From NCBI GenBank assembly GCA_965219685.1, contig CBDCOH010000002.1, positions 960,001 to 1,024,000 on the forward strand: DNA of 64,000 nucleotides, read 5' to 3'. Positions 39,827 through 49,160 of the stretch are shown one piece after another. The notes beneath the pieces are model-generated. The model saw only the letters and a list, made by a program, of their open reading frames with translations. It had not been told where the DNA came from and ran no database searches. A program made the translations under genes and the position numbers. Each line of letters starts with the position of its first letter. Position 1 is the stretch's first letter. This DNA comes from Candidatus Spongiisociaceae bacterium (GTDB taxonomy: Bacteria > Actinomycetota > Acidimicrobiia > Spongiisociales > Spongiisociaceae).

Positions 39827-40899
39827 GCCGATCCCTTGCGACCGAGACGGGGGTCCACCATCCACAGGACCACGTCGACCAGCAGGTAGTTGACGATGTT
39901 GAACACCGCGGCGAGGACGATGAAGCCCTGGAGGGCGGCGAAGTCGGCGCTCCGCAGCGCCGTCACCGCGTACTGGCCGATCCCTCCCCAGGAGTAGATC
40001 TGCTCCACGAGCACCGAACCCCCCAGGAGGAATCCGTAGGTGATGCCGGCCACCGTCGCCACCGGGGGTAGAGCCAGGCGGACCAGGCGCCGGTTGGTCA
40101 GCGCCTGGCGGATGCCGACGCTGGCGTACAGGTCGTTGAACCCGGCCCGCATGGCCTGCTCCGAGGCGGCGTTGGCCACCTTCACTATCAGACCCGAGTA
40201 CACGAGCGTGAGGGTCAGCACCGGCAGGGCAAGGTGCTGCAGGGCCAGCCACAGGGTGCCCAGGTCCCCGGCCAGGACGGAGTCGACGGTCAGGAACCCG
40301 GTGACCCGCTCGGGTGGAGTCTCGAAGCCGAGGCGTCCTATGGGGGGCGGGAGGACCCCCCAGGTGTAGGCGAAGATGAAGGCGACTATCAGGGCCAGCC
40401 AGAAGTCGGGGATCGAGCCCGAGAACATGGCGTAGCCGAAGATCACCTTGCCCTTCCCCCGCAGGCGCCGGCGAGCCATGGCGAATCCGAGCGGGATTCC
40501 CAGCAGCAGGGACACCAGCATGGCCAGCGAGATCAACTCGAGGGTGGCGGGTACCCGCTGGATCAGGTCGTCGAACACCGGCTGTCCCGTCGTTATCGAG
40601 TCGCCGAGGTCGCCCCTCACGAGGTTGGTCAGGTACCGCCAGTACTGGACCGGCAGGGACTGGTCAAGTCCCAGGTGGCGCCGGATGGCGGCCAGAACCT
40701 GCTCGCTGGCGGCCGGCCCCGCTATGACCCTGGCGGGGTCGCCCGGGACCAGGCGGATCAGGAAGAAGGCCGCTGTGGCCGCTCCGGCCACCTGGATGAT
40801 CACGAAACGGGCGCGGCGGGCGACCAGGCGGCCCAACCGTCCCAGGCCGAGCCGTCTCCGGACCGGTCCCGAAGCCTGGTCGGCCGGTGCGGTGGTCAC
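39823..40899 (-). CDS. Peptide/nickel ABC permease (OppB/DppB-like)
   Basis: PGDPA, LGLD..L.VQY, GDLGDS, PATLEL, HLALP, GSVLVEQIYSWGGIG, VDPRL. Confidence 0.92.
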   Translation of the reverse strand: MTTAPADQASGPVRRRLGLGRLGRLVARRARFVIIQVAGAATAAFFLIRLVPGDPARVIAGPAASEQVLAAIRRHLGLDQSLPVQYWRYLTNLVRGDLGDSITTGQPVFDDLIQRVPATLELISLAMLVSLLLGIPLGFAMARRRLRGKGKVIFGYAMFSGSIPDFWLALIVAFIFAYTWGVLPPPIGRLGFETPPERVTGFLTVDSVLAGDLGTLWLALQHLALPVLTLTLVYSGLIVKVANAASEQAMRAGFNDLYASVGIRQALTNRRLVRLALPPVATVAGITYGFLLGGSVLVEQIYSWGGIGQYAVTALRSADFAALQGFIVLAAVFNIVNYLLVDVVLWMVDPRLGRKGSA

Positions 40900-41032
40900 C
40901 TCGTTCGGCTGCGGGGGCGCCCGGGTGCGAGCCGCCGCCCCGTCGGTCGCCGGAGGCGATCGAAACCGGTGCGCCGTCTGCGCGCAACTGTCCTCATCCT
41001 TCGGCAGCCTCCATCGTGCAGTTGGAGTGTGG

Positions 41033-41070
41033 GGGCCGGGCCCTTCCGGATACCCCGTCGGGCCCGGCCC
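41033..41070. terminator. GC stem-loop 3' of the substrate-binding protein gene
   Basis: 11-bp inverted repeat GGGCCGGGCCC / GGGCCCGGCCC just past the stop; typical of an mRNA stabiliser or partial terminator. Confidence 0.55.
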
Positions 41071-41076
41071 GGTCTC

Positions 41077-42846
41077 CTACGAACGGCTCAGGTCGTAGAA
41101 CCAGATCTGGTTGTTCGGGTACCACGTGTATCCCTCGATGTCGGGCGCGAACCCGTACCTGGTAGGAGCTCCCACCACCGACAGGTGGGGAACCTCGTCG
41201 GCCATGATCTGTTGCATCTCGGTGACCAGCGCGGTCCGCTCGGCGCCCGGCAGGACCGACAGAGCCTCGGCGATGGATGCGTCGAAGCGCTCGTTGGTGA
41301 ACCCGCCGAAGCTTAGGAAGCCGGTCGGGCCCGACACGTACAGCAGGTAGTGGTACGGGATGTCGGACACGATGGCGTAACCCTGGTGCAGCACCATGCC
41401 GATGTCACCGGAGTTGCCGACCTCGATGTACGCGGCGGCCGGCTTCGGGTCGATGATCACGTTGACGCCGATCTGCGCCAGCGAGTCCTTCAGCAGCACC
41501 GCCACGTCATCGTGGTCCGCCACGTCGGAGTTGATCAGGAGCGGGATGTCGAACCCGTCGGGGTAACCCGCGTCGGCGAGCAACTGCTTGGCCGTCTCGA
41601 CATCGCCGTTGGCCGGATAGGGCCAGACGTCGCCGTTGTAGTCGGGATAGGAGTCGGGCGCGACCATCGCCAGGGCCGCGGCGTCTCCGCCGTACACGTT
41701 GTCGATGATCAGCGACTGGTTCACCGCGTACTGCATCGCCCGCCTGACCGCCGGGTCCTCGGTCGGCCCGGAGCCGGGACGGGTGTTCATGGCGGCGAAG
41801 ATCACCTGGTTTCGCACCGCCGACACGGTCTTGCCCTCGTCGGCGCTGAGCGACGCCAGCTCGCGGCTCGACAGGTTCTCGGCTATGTCGATCTGGCCCT
41901 GCTTGAGCAGCGCCAGCCGCTGCGACGAGTCGGGGATCTCCCGGTAGATGATCTCGGAGAAGAAGGCCTCACCCCTCCAGTAGTTCTTGTTGGCCCTGAG
42001 CACCAGCTGCGAACCCGGGGTGAACTCGTCCACGTAGTAGGGGCCGAACCCCATCTGGTTGAGCTGCATCCACTCGGTGGCCCACGGGTCGTCGTCGGTG
42101 GCGTGTGACTTGGCCACCGTCGAGTCCGCCGGGCTGATGGTCTGGAGCTGCATCGCCCTGAGGAAGAGCGGGTTGGGAGAGGTGATGGTGATCTCGATCG
42201 TGTAGTCGTCGATCACCTTGACGTTGTCCATCGACGGGATCTTGGCGACGCCCACGACGAAGGCGCCGACCACGCCCACTCCGAAGTTGCGGGCGATCAT
42301 CCAGCGCAGGTCCTCGGAGGTGAACTCGTTGCCGGCCGCGCTCATCACGCCCTGGCGCAGATGCATCGTGTAGGTCAGGTTGTCGTCCGACACTACGGTC
42401 TCTTCGACCAGCGCCGGGAGCATCCCGGCGTCGCCCTTGCGCAGTTCGGTGGCGCCGCGCACACCGCCGGGTCCTTCCTCCGACTCGAACCAGTAGAGGG
42501 AGTCCAGCACGGTCGTGATGACCTCCACCGACTCCTGTCCGGGGGCGAACTCCGGGTCCAGCGTCACGGGGAGGGCGGCCACCCCGACGATCAGCCGGCG
42601 ACTCTCGTCGTCCATCATCTCCTCTTCGGGTTCCTCGGCCATGTCCTCTTCGGGTTCCTCGGCCATGTCCTCTTCAGGTTCCTCGGCCATCTCCTCCGCG
42701 GGTTCCTCGGCCGGGGCCTGGGTGGTGGCGGCAGCGGCTGCTGCAGTGGTGGTCGGTTCCGCTTCCTCCTCACCACCGCACGCGCCGGCGACCAGTGCGA
42801 ACACCAGCAGCATTCCCAACAGCTTCCGGATCCGGTGCGCAGTCAT
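41077..42846 (-). CDS. ABC substrate-binding lipoprotein, family 5
   Basis: Lipobox VAGAC, acidic repeat linker, TLDP, LRQGV..GNEFTSED, GFGPY, VRRAMQYAVN, LADAGYPDGF; GAGGAGG RBS before ATG 42846. Confidence 0.93.
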   Translation of the reverse strand: MTAHRIRKLLGMLLVFALVAGACGGEEEAEPTTTAAAAAATTQAPAEEPAEEMAEEPEEDMAEEPEEDMAEEPEEEMMDDESRRLIVGVAALPVTLDPEFAPGQESVEVITTVLDSLYWFESEEGPGGVRGATELRKGDAGMLPALVEETVVSDDNLTYTMHLRQGVMSAAGNEFTSEDLRWMIARNFGVGVVGAFVVGVAKIPSMDNVKVIDDYTIEITITSPNPLFLRAMQLQTISPADSTVAKSHATDDDPWATEWMQLNQMGFGPYYVDEFTPGSQLVLRANKNYWRGEAFFSEIIYREIPDSSQRLALLKQGQIDIAENLSSRELASLSADEGKTVSAVRNQVIFAAMNTRPGSGPTEDPAVRRAMQYAVNQSLIIDNVYGGDAAALAMVAPDSYPDYNGDVWPYPANGDVETAKQLLADAGYPDGFDIPLLINSDVADHDDVAVLLKDSLAQIGVNVIIDPKPAAAYIEVGNSGDIGMVLHQGYAIVSDIPYHYLLYVSGPTGFLSFGGFTNERFDASIAEALSVLPGAERTALVTEMQQIMADEVPHLSVVGAPTRYGFAPDIEGYTWYPNNQIWFYDLSRS

Positions 42847-42931
42847 TGGGCCCTCCTCTCGCGCTCCCGCTTCGGGTAGCGCTCTCGTGACTTCACGACA
42901 ATAGTGGCAAGGCCTTCCGGCCGTCCATAGG

Positions 42932-42987
42932 GTGGCTTGTGGCTTGTGGCTTGTGGCTTGTGGCTTGTGGCTTGTGGCTTGTGGCTC
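42932..42987. repeat. Heptamer tandem repeat (GTGGCTT)x7 plus GTGGCTC
   Basis: Counted directly; intergenic, between the cupin gene and the SBP gene. Confidence 0.97.
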
Positions 42988-43084
42988 GTGATGGTTCTTC
43001 GTTGTCCGGTACGACGGAGGACGGAGGGCTGTTGTCCGTTGGCACCATCCGAGGTGCATACCCGGGTTGGTTCCCGGCAAGTTC

Positions 43085-43930
43085 TCAGCGGGGTCCCAGC
43101 TTGACGAAGAGTTCGGTACCGTCGGGACTGGACAGTGTCAACGGGGCTGAATCAGCCTGGATGGATACCAGGTCACCCGCGGCGGCGGCCTCTCCGTCGA
43201 TGGACAGCGTTCCCGAGATGATGTAGGCGATCAATTGGCGGGCGAGGCGGTGAGGCTGCGGGTCTCGGTAGCCGGGCTCGAAGCGGGCGAGAAGGGATCG
43301 GGCCCCGTTGGACCAGTTGCTGCTCAATACCTTCAGATCGAGGGAGGGATGGTCGAGGTCCCGCAGCCACTCCTCCCCCGGCATCATGGCCGTCGCGGGG
43401 GTCCAGGGCATGAGCGACGATGGCAACCGGCGGATCCAGCCGCGGGGGCCGAGTGACTTCTCGAGGTTCTCGAACAGTACGTTCCGGCCGAGATCTTGGG
43501 GCGGTCTGACCCGCCGGGTGGCCAGGCCGCTGGCGTCGCCCGCGCTGATGCCTTCCTGCATCAGCAGGCCCAGGAATCCGCGGGCCGCGCGGGCCGCGTG
43601 GACCCATCCCGGCGGGCGCCAGAAGTAGTCGCCCGCCTCCACCGGGCCCTCCCCGTCGATCTCGCAACCCCCTTCGAGCACCAGGCATTCCTCCACCGAG
43701 TCGTGGTATGCGGGCCCGGGGTCGGTGAAGCCGGGCAGGAGGCGGACCAGATCGATCCGCCGGGTGGTCTCGGGGTCGTCGAGCAACGTCTTCTGCTCCC
43801 AGCGGGAGTAGGTGTCCGCCAGTTGCTCCTCCGGGCCCAGGTTGCCGCCATAGCCGTCGGGCATGCCCTGCACGGTGTCGAGCCCACTGACCCAGGCGAT
43901 CGAATCGCCCCGGACCACCGTGGCGGTCAT
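43085..43930 (-). CDS. Two-domain cupin (ChrR/DUF4437-like)
   Basis: YHDSVEECLVLEG...GDYFWRPPGWVH; second cupin domain lacks most metal ligands. ATGA overlap with the amidase gene. Confidence 0.8.
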   Translation of the reverse strand: MTATVVRGDSIAWVSGLDTVQGMPDGYGGNLGPEEQLADTYSRWEQKTLLDDPETTRRIDLVRLLPGFTDPGPAYHDSVEECLVLEGGCEIDGEGPVEAGDYFWRPPGWVHAARAARGFLGLLMQEGISAGDASGLATRRVRPPQDLGRNVLFENLEKSLGPRGWIRRLPSSLMPWTPATAMMPGEEWLRDLDHPSLDLKVLSSNWSNGARSLLARFEPGYRDPQPHRLARQLIAYIISGTLSIDGEAAAAGDLVSIQADSAPLTLSSPDGTELFVKLGPR

Positions 43931-45327
43931 CGGGTCACGCGGCGTGAGACGGGCGGCGGCGGCATCCGCGGTGTCCAGCCGGCCAGTTGCTGGATGACGG
44001 CGCTCAGGTCCAGCACGTCGTGCTCGGCGTGGGGCGGTCCGATCACTTGGATCCCGATGGGGAGACCGTCGGGAGACCAGCCCACCGGGATACTCGCCGC
44101 CGGGTGGCCGGTCAGCGAGCACAGGGAGAGGGGCCGGATCAGGGTCAGGTCACGGGGCAGGACGGTCCCGTCCGCGAACTCCAGTTCCCCCCTGTCCGGG
44201 AACGGTGCGGTCACGTGCTGGGCGGGCGCCAGCACCAGATCCGCCGCCCCCAGAACGGCGTCGAGGCGGTCCCTGTAGACCGCTCGGAGGCGCTGAGCGT
44301 CCACGTAGTCCGCAGCCGCCAGGCCCATGCCCAACTCCAGGTAGGCGAGGACATCGTCGCCGTAGCGTTCGGGGTGCTCCTGGAGCCATCGCCGGTGGTA
44401 GGCGGAGGCCTCTGCGGCGAGGATCACGAAGATGGTGGCGATCACCTCGTCCGGATCGACCACCTCGACCTCCTCGATCTCGGCTCCGCGGTCCGAGAGG
44501 CGATCGAGCACCGAGCCGAGTACGGCACCGACGTCCGGCTGCATCGGGGTCATCAACTCGCCGAGGAGCGCCACCCTGCGGATCCGCGGCTGCGAGGGAC
44601 TCCGGAGTCGCGCCGGACGGGTGGCAGGGTCGGCCGGATCCCGGCTCACCATCGCATCGATCAGGACCCGGCTGTCATCGATGGTACGGGTCATGGGACC
44701 CACCGTGTCGAGCGACCAGGCCAGGGGTATCACCCCGCGGCACGAGACGTTGCCGTAGGTGGGTTTCAGTCCGGTGAGCCCGCACAGCGCCGACGGTTCC
44801 CTCACCGACCCGGCGCTGTCGGTTCCGAGAGCAGCGAAGGCCTCGCCCGAAGCCACCGCCGCTCCCGATCCGCCGCTGGACCCGCCCGGCATCCGCTCCG
44901 TGTTCCACGGATTGCGGGTGGGAGGGGTCAGCGCTCCGTACGCGAACTCGTGCGTGTTGGACTTGGCGAGGATGATCGCTCCCACCGCCCGTAGCCGGCC
45001 GATGACGGTGGCGTCCTCGGCCGCCACGTTCCCGGTCAGTTGGCGTGATCCCGCCTCCGTGGGTGCGCCTGCCACGTCGATGAGGTCCTTCACCACGATC
45101 GGAACGCCGTGGAGCGGTCCCCGCAGCTTTCCGGCGGCGGCCTCGGCGTCGCAGGCGGCGGCCTCCGCGAGCGACCGCTCGGCCAGTACGAACGGCAAAG
45201 CGGCGATGTGCGGCTCCCACATCTCTATCCGGCGGAGGCAGGTTTCCACCAGTTCCCTGGCCGAGAGACGGCCGGCCCGGACCTCGGTGGCGGCCTGCGT
45301 GAGTGACAGGCCGGCGATGCCGGTCAT
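43927..45327 (-). CDS. Amidase-signature family enzyme
   Basis: GPLHGVPIVVKD, KSNTHEFA, PGGSSGGS, GTDSAGSVR, GLKPTYG. Confidence 0.94.
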   Translation of the reverse strand: MTGIAGLSLTQAATEVRAGRLSARELVETCLRRIEMWEPHIAALPFVLAERSLAEAAACDAEAAAGKLRGPLHGVPIVVKDLIDVAGAPTEAGSRQLTGNVAAEDATVIGRLRAVGAIILAKSNTHEFAYGALTPPTRNPWNTERMPGGSSGGSGAAVASGEAFAALGTDSAGSVREPSALCGLTGLKPTYGNVSCRGVIPLAWSLDTVGPMTRTIDDSRVLIDAMVSRDPADPATRPARLRSPSQPRIRRVALLGELMTPMQPDVGAVLGSVLDRLSDRGAEIEEVEVVDPDEVIATIFVILAAEASAYHRRWLQEHPERYGDDVLAYLELGMGLAAADYVDAQRLRAVYRDRLDAVLGAADLVLAPAQHVTAPFPDRGELEFADGTVLPRDLTLIRPLSLCSLTGHPAASIPVGWSPDGLPIGIQVIGPPHAEHDVLDLSAVIQQLAGWTPRMPPPPVSRRVTR

Positions 45328-45520
45328 CGACCGCGGCGTTCGGGGAATGGATCGACGACGTATACCACGGGGAGCACCCGGTCGGGTGGTAGCCGGAGCG
45401 CAGCGGACCGGACCGCTTGGGTCAGCAGGGTGGCGAGGTCCGGCGCCTCGGCAACCTTCCCGTCTTCCGGTGCAGCGGAGTCGTGCTCATCGTCCATCGG
45501 TCACCCCCTCCGGGAGCCGT

Positions 45521-46318
45521 TCATCCGGTCACGAAGCCGATCACCCGCTCCGAGTACTCCTCCGGTACCCGGATCGGCAGTTGGCCCGGAAGTCCCGGAA
45601 TGATCGAGATGCGAGCGTCGGGTATCAGGGCAGCGGCGGGTTCGTCCTGGTCGGCGAAGATGTCGAACTCGGCGTCCAGCAGCAGCGTCGGGCAGGACAG
45701 CCGCCTCAGCCCGGCCTCCGGGTCGTACCGGAACGCGGCGTTGTATGCCCACTGGTAGCGGTCCAGGACCGACAGAACATGTATGGCGCCCACATGGAGC
45801 ACCGCCGGGTCGGAGTCGGCTCCCCAGATCCGCTGGTAGCGCCGCCAGGCCCAATCCAGGTGTTCCCCCTGGGAGGTGGGTCGCATCGCGGGCGCCCACG
45901 ACGCCAGGTACCGGAGCCGGTCCTCCTCGGTCATCAGCGGAACGCCGCTGAGGATGGCGTGGGTGGTCCTACCCGGCGTGGCCTGCAGGGCCACCTCCAG
46001 AGCCAGCGACGCCCCCGTATGGACCCCGGCGACCGCGAACGTGTAGAGGTCGAGGGCGTCGGCCGCCTGCAGGAGCACGGAGGAGTAGTCCGGGATCTCG
46101 AAGCGGTCGTGTGGAGGAGCATCGGAACACCCGTATCCGGGCGTGTCCAAGGCGTAGGCCCGCAGCTGCCTCCCGAGGTAGGGCAGCGCCTGCTCGTAGG
46201 CAATGCTCGAGAGCGGGGACTCGTGGAAGAACAACACGGCTGGGCCGGCATCTCCGGACGCGCGGTAGTGGATCTGCCCCCATTCGACATCCACGTAGCC
46301 GCGCCTGACCGATTCCAT
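45521..46318 (-). CDS. Alpha/beta-hydrolase fold protein with atypical nucleophile elbow
   Basis: GQIHYR, FFHESP, DTPGYG.SD, and GVHTGA in place of GxSxG; TACCAT box 10 nt upstream. Confidence 0.82.
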   Translation of the reverse strand: MESVRRGYVDVEWGQIHYRASGDAGPAVLFFHESPLSSIAYEQALPYLGRQLRAYALDTPGYGCSDAPPHDRFEIPDYSSVLLQAADALDLYTFAVAGVHTGASLALEVALQATPGRTTHAILSGVPLMTEEDRLRYLASWAPAMRPTSQGEHLDWAWRRYQRIWGADSDPAVLHVGAIHVLSVLDRYQWAYNAAFRYDPEAGLRRLSCPTLLLDAEFDIFADQDEPAAALIPDARISIIPGLPGQLPIRVPEEYSERVIGFVTG

Positions 46319-46328
46319 ATCGGGCGGA

Positions 46329-47945
46329 ATGGTACCGTGTGCGCGTGGCGCCGGTGACCCTTCCGAGATCTTGACAGTCTGTCTTCCCTCCGGTCTCCGC
46401 GGGACCCTGTGCGACGTCCTGGGAGCGGACGCGGTCCTTGAGGACCTGGACGACCGGCGCTTCTTCTCGCACGACATCTTCGAGGCCGGCGAGACGGCCT
46501 CGGCTGTCATACGGCCCGGCACCGTGGATCAACTGGCCTCGGCTGTGGCGGCCGTGACGGGCGCCGGACTCGCGGTGGTCCCGCGGGGAGGGGGCGTGTC
46601 GTACACCGGTGGCTACCTCCCGGTGAGAGCCGACTCGGTAATCGTGGACACCAGGGCACTCGACCGGGTGATCGAGGTGAACACGGCTGACATGCACGTG
46701 ACCGTGGAGACCGGTTGCACGTGGGAACGCCTGAGCGAGGCGCTGGAGGGAACTGGCACCGCCACGCCGTTCGGGGGGCCTTTCTCGGGCCGCTACGCCA
46801 CAGTCGGCGGCACCCTGTCCCAGAACGCCATCCTGTGGGGATCCGCCGCTCACGGGGGCGCGGCCGACTCGGTGCTCGGTCTGGGAGTGGTGCTGGCCGA
46901 CGGAACGCTGGTGCGGACCGGATCGGCCGGAACGTCGGCCGGGTCGCCCTTCCATCGCTACTTCGGCCCCGATCTGACCGGCCTCTTCCTCGGCGACTCG
47001 GGAGCACTCGGCATCAAGGTCGAGGCAACGTTGCCGCTGATGCCCAAGCCAGTGGCCGCCGGGTTCGCCTCGTTCTCCTTCCGCGACCGGAGAAGGTTCG
47101 TCGACGCGATGGCAGACGTTGCCCGCTCGGGCGCCGCGTCGACCTGTTTCGGGCTGGATCCGCTGCTCCAGTACCAGCGGGTCAGAAAGACGCGGCTGCG
47201 GGAAGGGGCCAGGAAGCTGAAAGGAGTGGTCCGTACTGCGGACACCACGGTGGCGGGTCTGCGCGATGCGGCTGCCGTCGCGCTCCGTGGAAGGCGGGTG
47301 GCCGACGTTCACGGCTATGCCATGCACGTGATCGTCGAGGAGCGCTCCACCCGGGCCGCGGAGGCGGCCATCTCCGAGATAACAGCCATTTGCAGCCGGG
47401 GAAGCCGTCAGCTACCCGATTCGGTGCCCCGCGTCATGCTCGGCAACCCTTACGTGAGCCTGGCGGCAACCCTTGGCCCGGAGGGTGAGAGGTGGATTCC
47501 CACCCACGGGATCTTCCCGCTATCGGCTGTCAACAATGCCTGGGACCGCCTCGACAAGCTGTTCGCCGAGTTCGCGGAGCCGATAGAGCGTCTCGGAGTC
47601 GTCACGGGTCTCCTGACGGCGGTGGTCGGTACCGGGGGATGCATACTCGAGGTGGTCCTGTACTGGCCCGGACCCCGGAACCTGTGGCACGAGCACATGC
47701 TCGACCCAGCCAAGTTGAGCCGCTACCGGAACTTCGAGGACGACCCCGAAGTCAGCCGCGTAGTGGCGGAGTTGAGGGCGCGGCTTATCGAGACGTTCCA
47801 CGAGTCGGGAGCGGCGCATCTCCAGATCGGCAAGCGGTACCCCTACCTGGACGGTCTGGAGCCCGGGGCAAGAGCACTGCTGGAGGCGATCAAGGACCAT
47901 GTCGACCCGCGGCGCCTGACCAACCCCGGCTCGCTGGGGCTCTAG
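46329..47945 (+). CDS. FAD-binding oxidoreductase (VAO/GlcD-like)
   Basis: PRGGG.SYTGG, ATVGG, GPDLTGLFLGDSGALG, DPRRLTNPG. Real start may be TTG 46371. Confidence 0.88.
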   Translation: MVPCARGAGDPSEILTVCLPSGLRGTLCDVLGADAVLEDLDDRRFFSHDIFEAGETASAVIRPGTVDQLASAVAAVTGAGLAVVPRGGGVSYTGGYLPVRADSVIVDTRALDRVIEVNTADMHVTVETGCTWERLSEALEGTGTATPFGGPFSGRYATVGGTLSQNAILWGSAAHGGAADSVLGLGVVLADGTLVRTGSAGTSAGSPFHRYFGPDLTGLFLGDSGALGIKVEATLPLMPKPVAAGFASFSFRDRRRFVDAMADVARSGAASTCFGLDPLLQYQRVRKTRLREGARKLKGVVRTADTTVAGLRDAAAVALRGRRVADVHGYAMHVIVEERSTRAAEAAISEITAICSRGSRQLPDSVPRVMLGNPYVSLAATLGPEGERWIPTHGIFPLSAVNNAWDRLDKLFAEFAEPIERLGVVTGLLTAVVGTGGCILEVVLYWPGPRNLWHEHMLDPAKLSRYRNFEDDPEVSRVVAELRARLIETFHESGAAHLQIGKRYPYLDGLEPGARALLEAIKDHVDPRRLTNPGSLGL

Positions 47946-48087
47946 CAAGGTTCTCCTCGCTTCTGAGAACGTGCCGGTAGGTGTGGTGTCGCGGGCGGGC
48001 GGACAGGGCGGCGATACCCTATAGTCGCGGTTAGTCGCTTTGGCGGGCTTGCGCCGACAAACCCGGATCCGGAAGGTGGAGACGACG

Positions 48088-49143
48088 ATGGATGGGTCGA
48101 CCCCGACCGTGGCAAGGATGACCAGCCGCGAGCGGGTGCTGGCCGCTCTTCGGCGGGAACCGGTGGACAGGACGCCCGTCTCCAACCCCACGTCCGTGGC
48201 AACGGTCGAGCTGATGGACCTGGTCGACGCCTACTTCCCCGACGCCAACCGGGAGGCGGAACTGATGGCGCGCTTGGCGGCTACCGGTCGCACGGAACTC
48301 GGTTTCGACAGCGTCATGCCGGTGTTCTCGATAATCCAGGAGTCCTCGGCTCTCGGTTGCAAGATGCAGTGGGAGCAGAAGGACAACTGGCCGACGGTCA
48401 AGATGCGGGAACCGATCTGGGAGGAGCCCGAGGATGTCCACATCCCGGACGGGTTCCTCGATCATCGGGACACCAAGTGTGTGCTCGACGCGATCAGGAT
48501 CCTGCGGCGGGAGTTTGGAGACGAAGTGGCGATCATCGGCAAGACGATGGGGCCCTGGACCCTCGGATACCACTGCTTCGGGGTCGAACCGTTCCTGCTG
48601 ATGTCCTACGACGACGAGGCCAAGACCAAGGACGCACTCGATCGCATGAAGGAGATCTCGGTGCTGTTCGGGGTGGCCCAGATAGAGGCCGGCGCCGATG
48701 CCCTCACCTTCCCGGACCATGCCACCGGCGATCTGGTCTCCGGGGACTACTACTACCGCTACCTCAAGGACCTCCACGTCGAGATGGTCGAGCGGATCCC
48801 GGTTCCTCTGATTCTCCATATCTGCGGGCGGACGGTGGACAGGATGGGGTTCATAGCCGACACGGGTATGGCCGCCTTCCACTACGACTCCAAGAACAAG
48901 CCACTGGAGTCCATGGAGGCGGTCCGCGAGGACATCGCCCTGGTCGGCAACGTGAACAACCCCGAGACGCTGTTCTCCAAAGGACCCTCCGAGGTCCGCC
49001 AGGAGGTGTTGGCCAATCTCGAAGCGGGCGTGCAGATGGTCGCTCCGGAGTGCGCCATCCCCCTCCAGACCCCCATCGAGAACCTCCTCGAGATCCCCAA
49101 GGCCGTGCGAGAGTGGCACGCCGAGCGTGCACCGGCGGCTTAA
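48088..49143 (+). CDS. MtaA/CmuA-family methylcobamide methyltransferase (URO-D fold)
   Basis: MTSRERVLAAL....VDRTPV, GPWTL, EAGAD, Zn motif HICG plus C in APEC, TPIENL. Confidence 0.88.
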   Translation: MDGSTPTVARMTSRERVLAALRREPVDRTPVSNPTSVATVELMDLVDAYFPDANREAELMARLAATGRTELGFDSVMPVFSIIQESSALGCKMQWEQKDNWPTVKMREPIWEEPEDVHIPDGFLDHRDTKCVLDAIRILRREFGDEVAIIGKTMGPWTLGYHCFGVEPFLLMSYDDEAKTKDALDRMKEISVLFGVAQIEAGADALTFPDHATGDLVSGDYYYRYLKDLHVEMVERIPVPLILHICGRTVDRMGFIADTGMAAFHYDSKNKPLESMEAVREDIALVGNVNNPETLFSKGPSEVRQEVLANLEAGVQMVAPECAIPLQTPIENLLEIPKAVREWHAERAPAA

Positions 49144-49160
49144 GGAAAGATGCAGGGGAC

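Noticed and set aside
42939-43226. ORF beginning MACGLWLVACGLWLVA, and the QATSHKP repeats at the N-terminus of ORF 41077..43080
   Set aside because: Both are translations of the (GTGGCTT)n tract. The real SBP start is ATG 42846, with an RBS and signal peptide.
47946-48087. Cobalamin riboswitch upstream of the methyltransferase/corrinoid genes
   Set aside because: No B12-box or other conserved core seen by eye; only a TATAGT -10-like hexamer. An Rfam scan would settle it.
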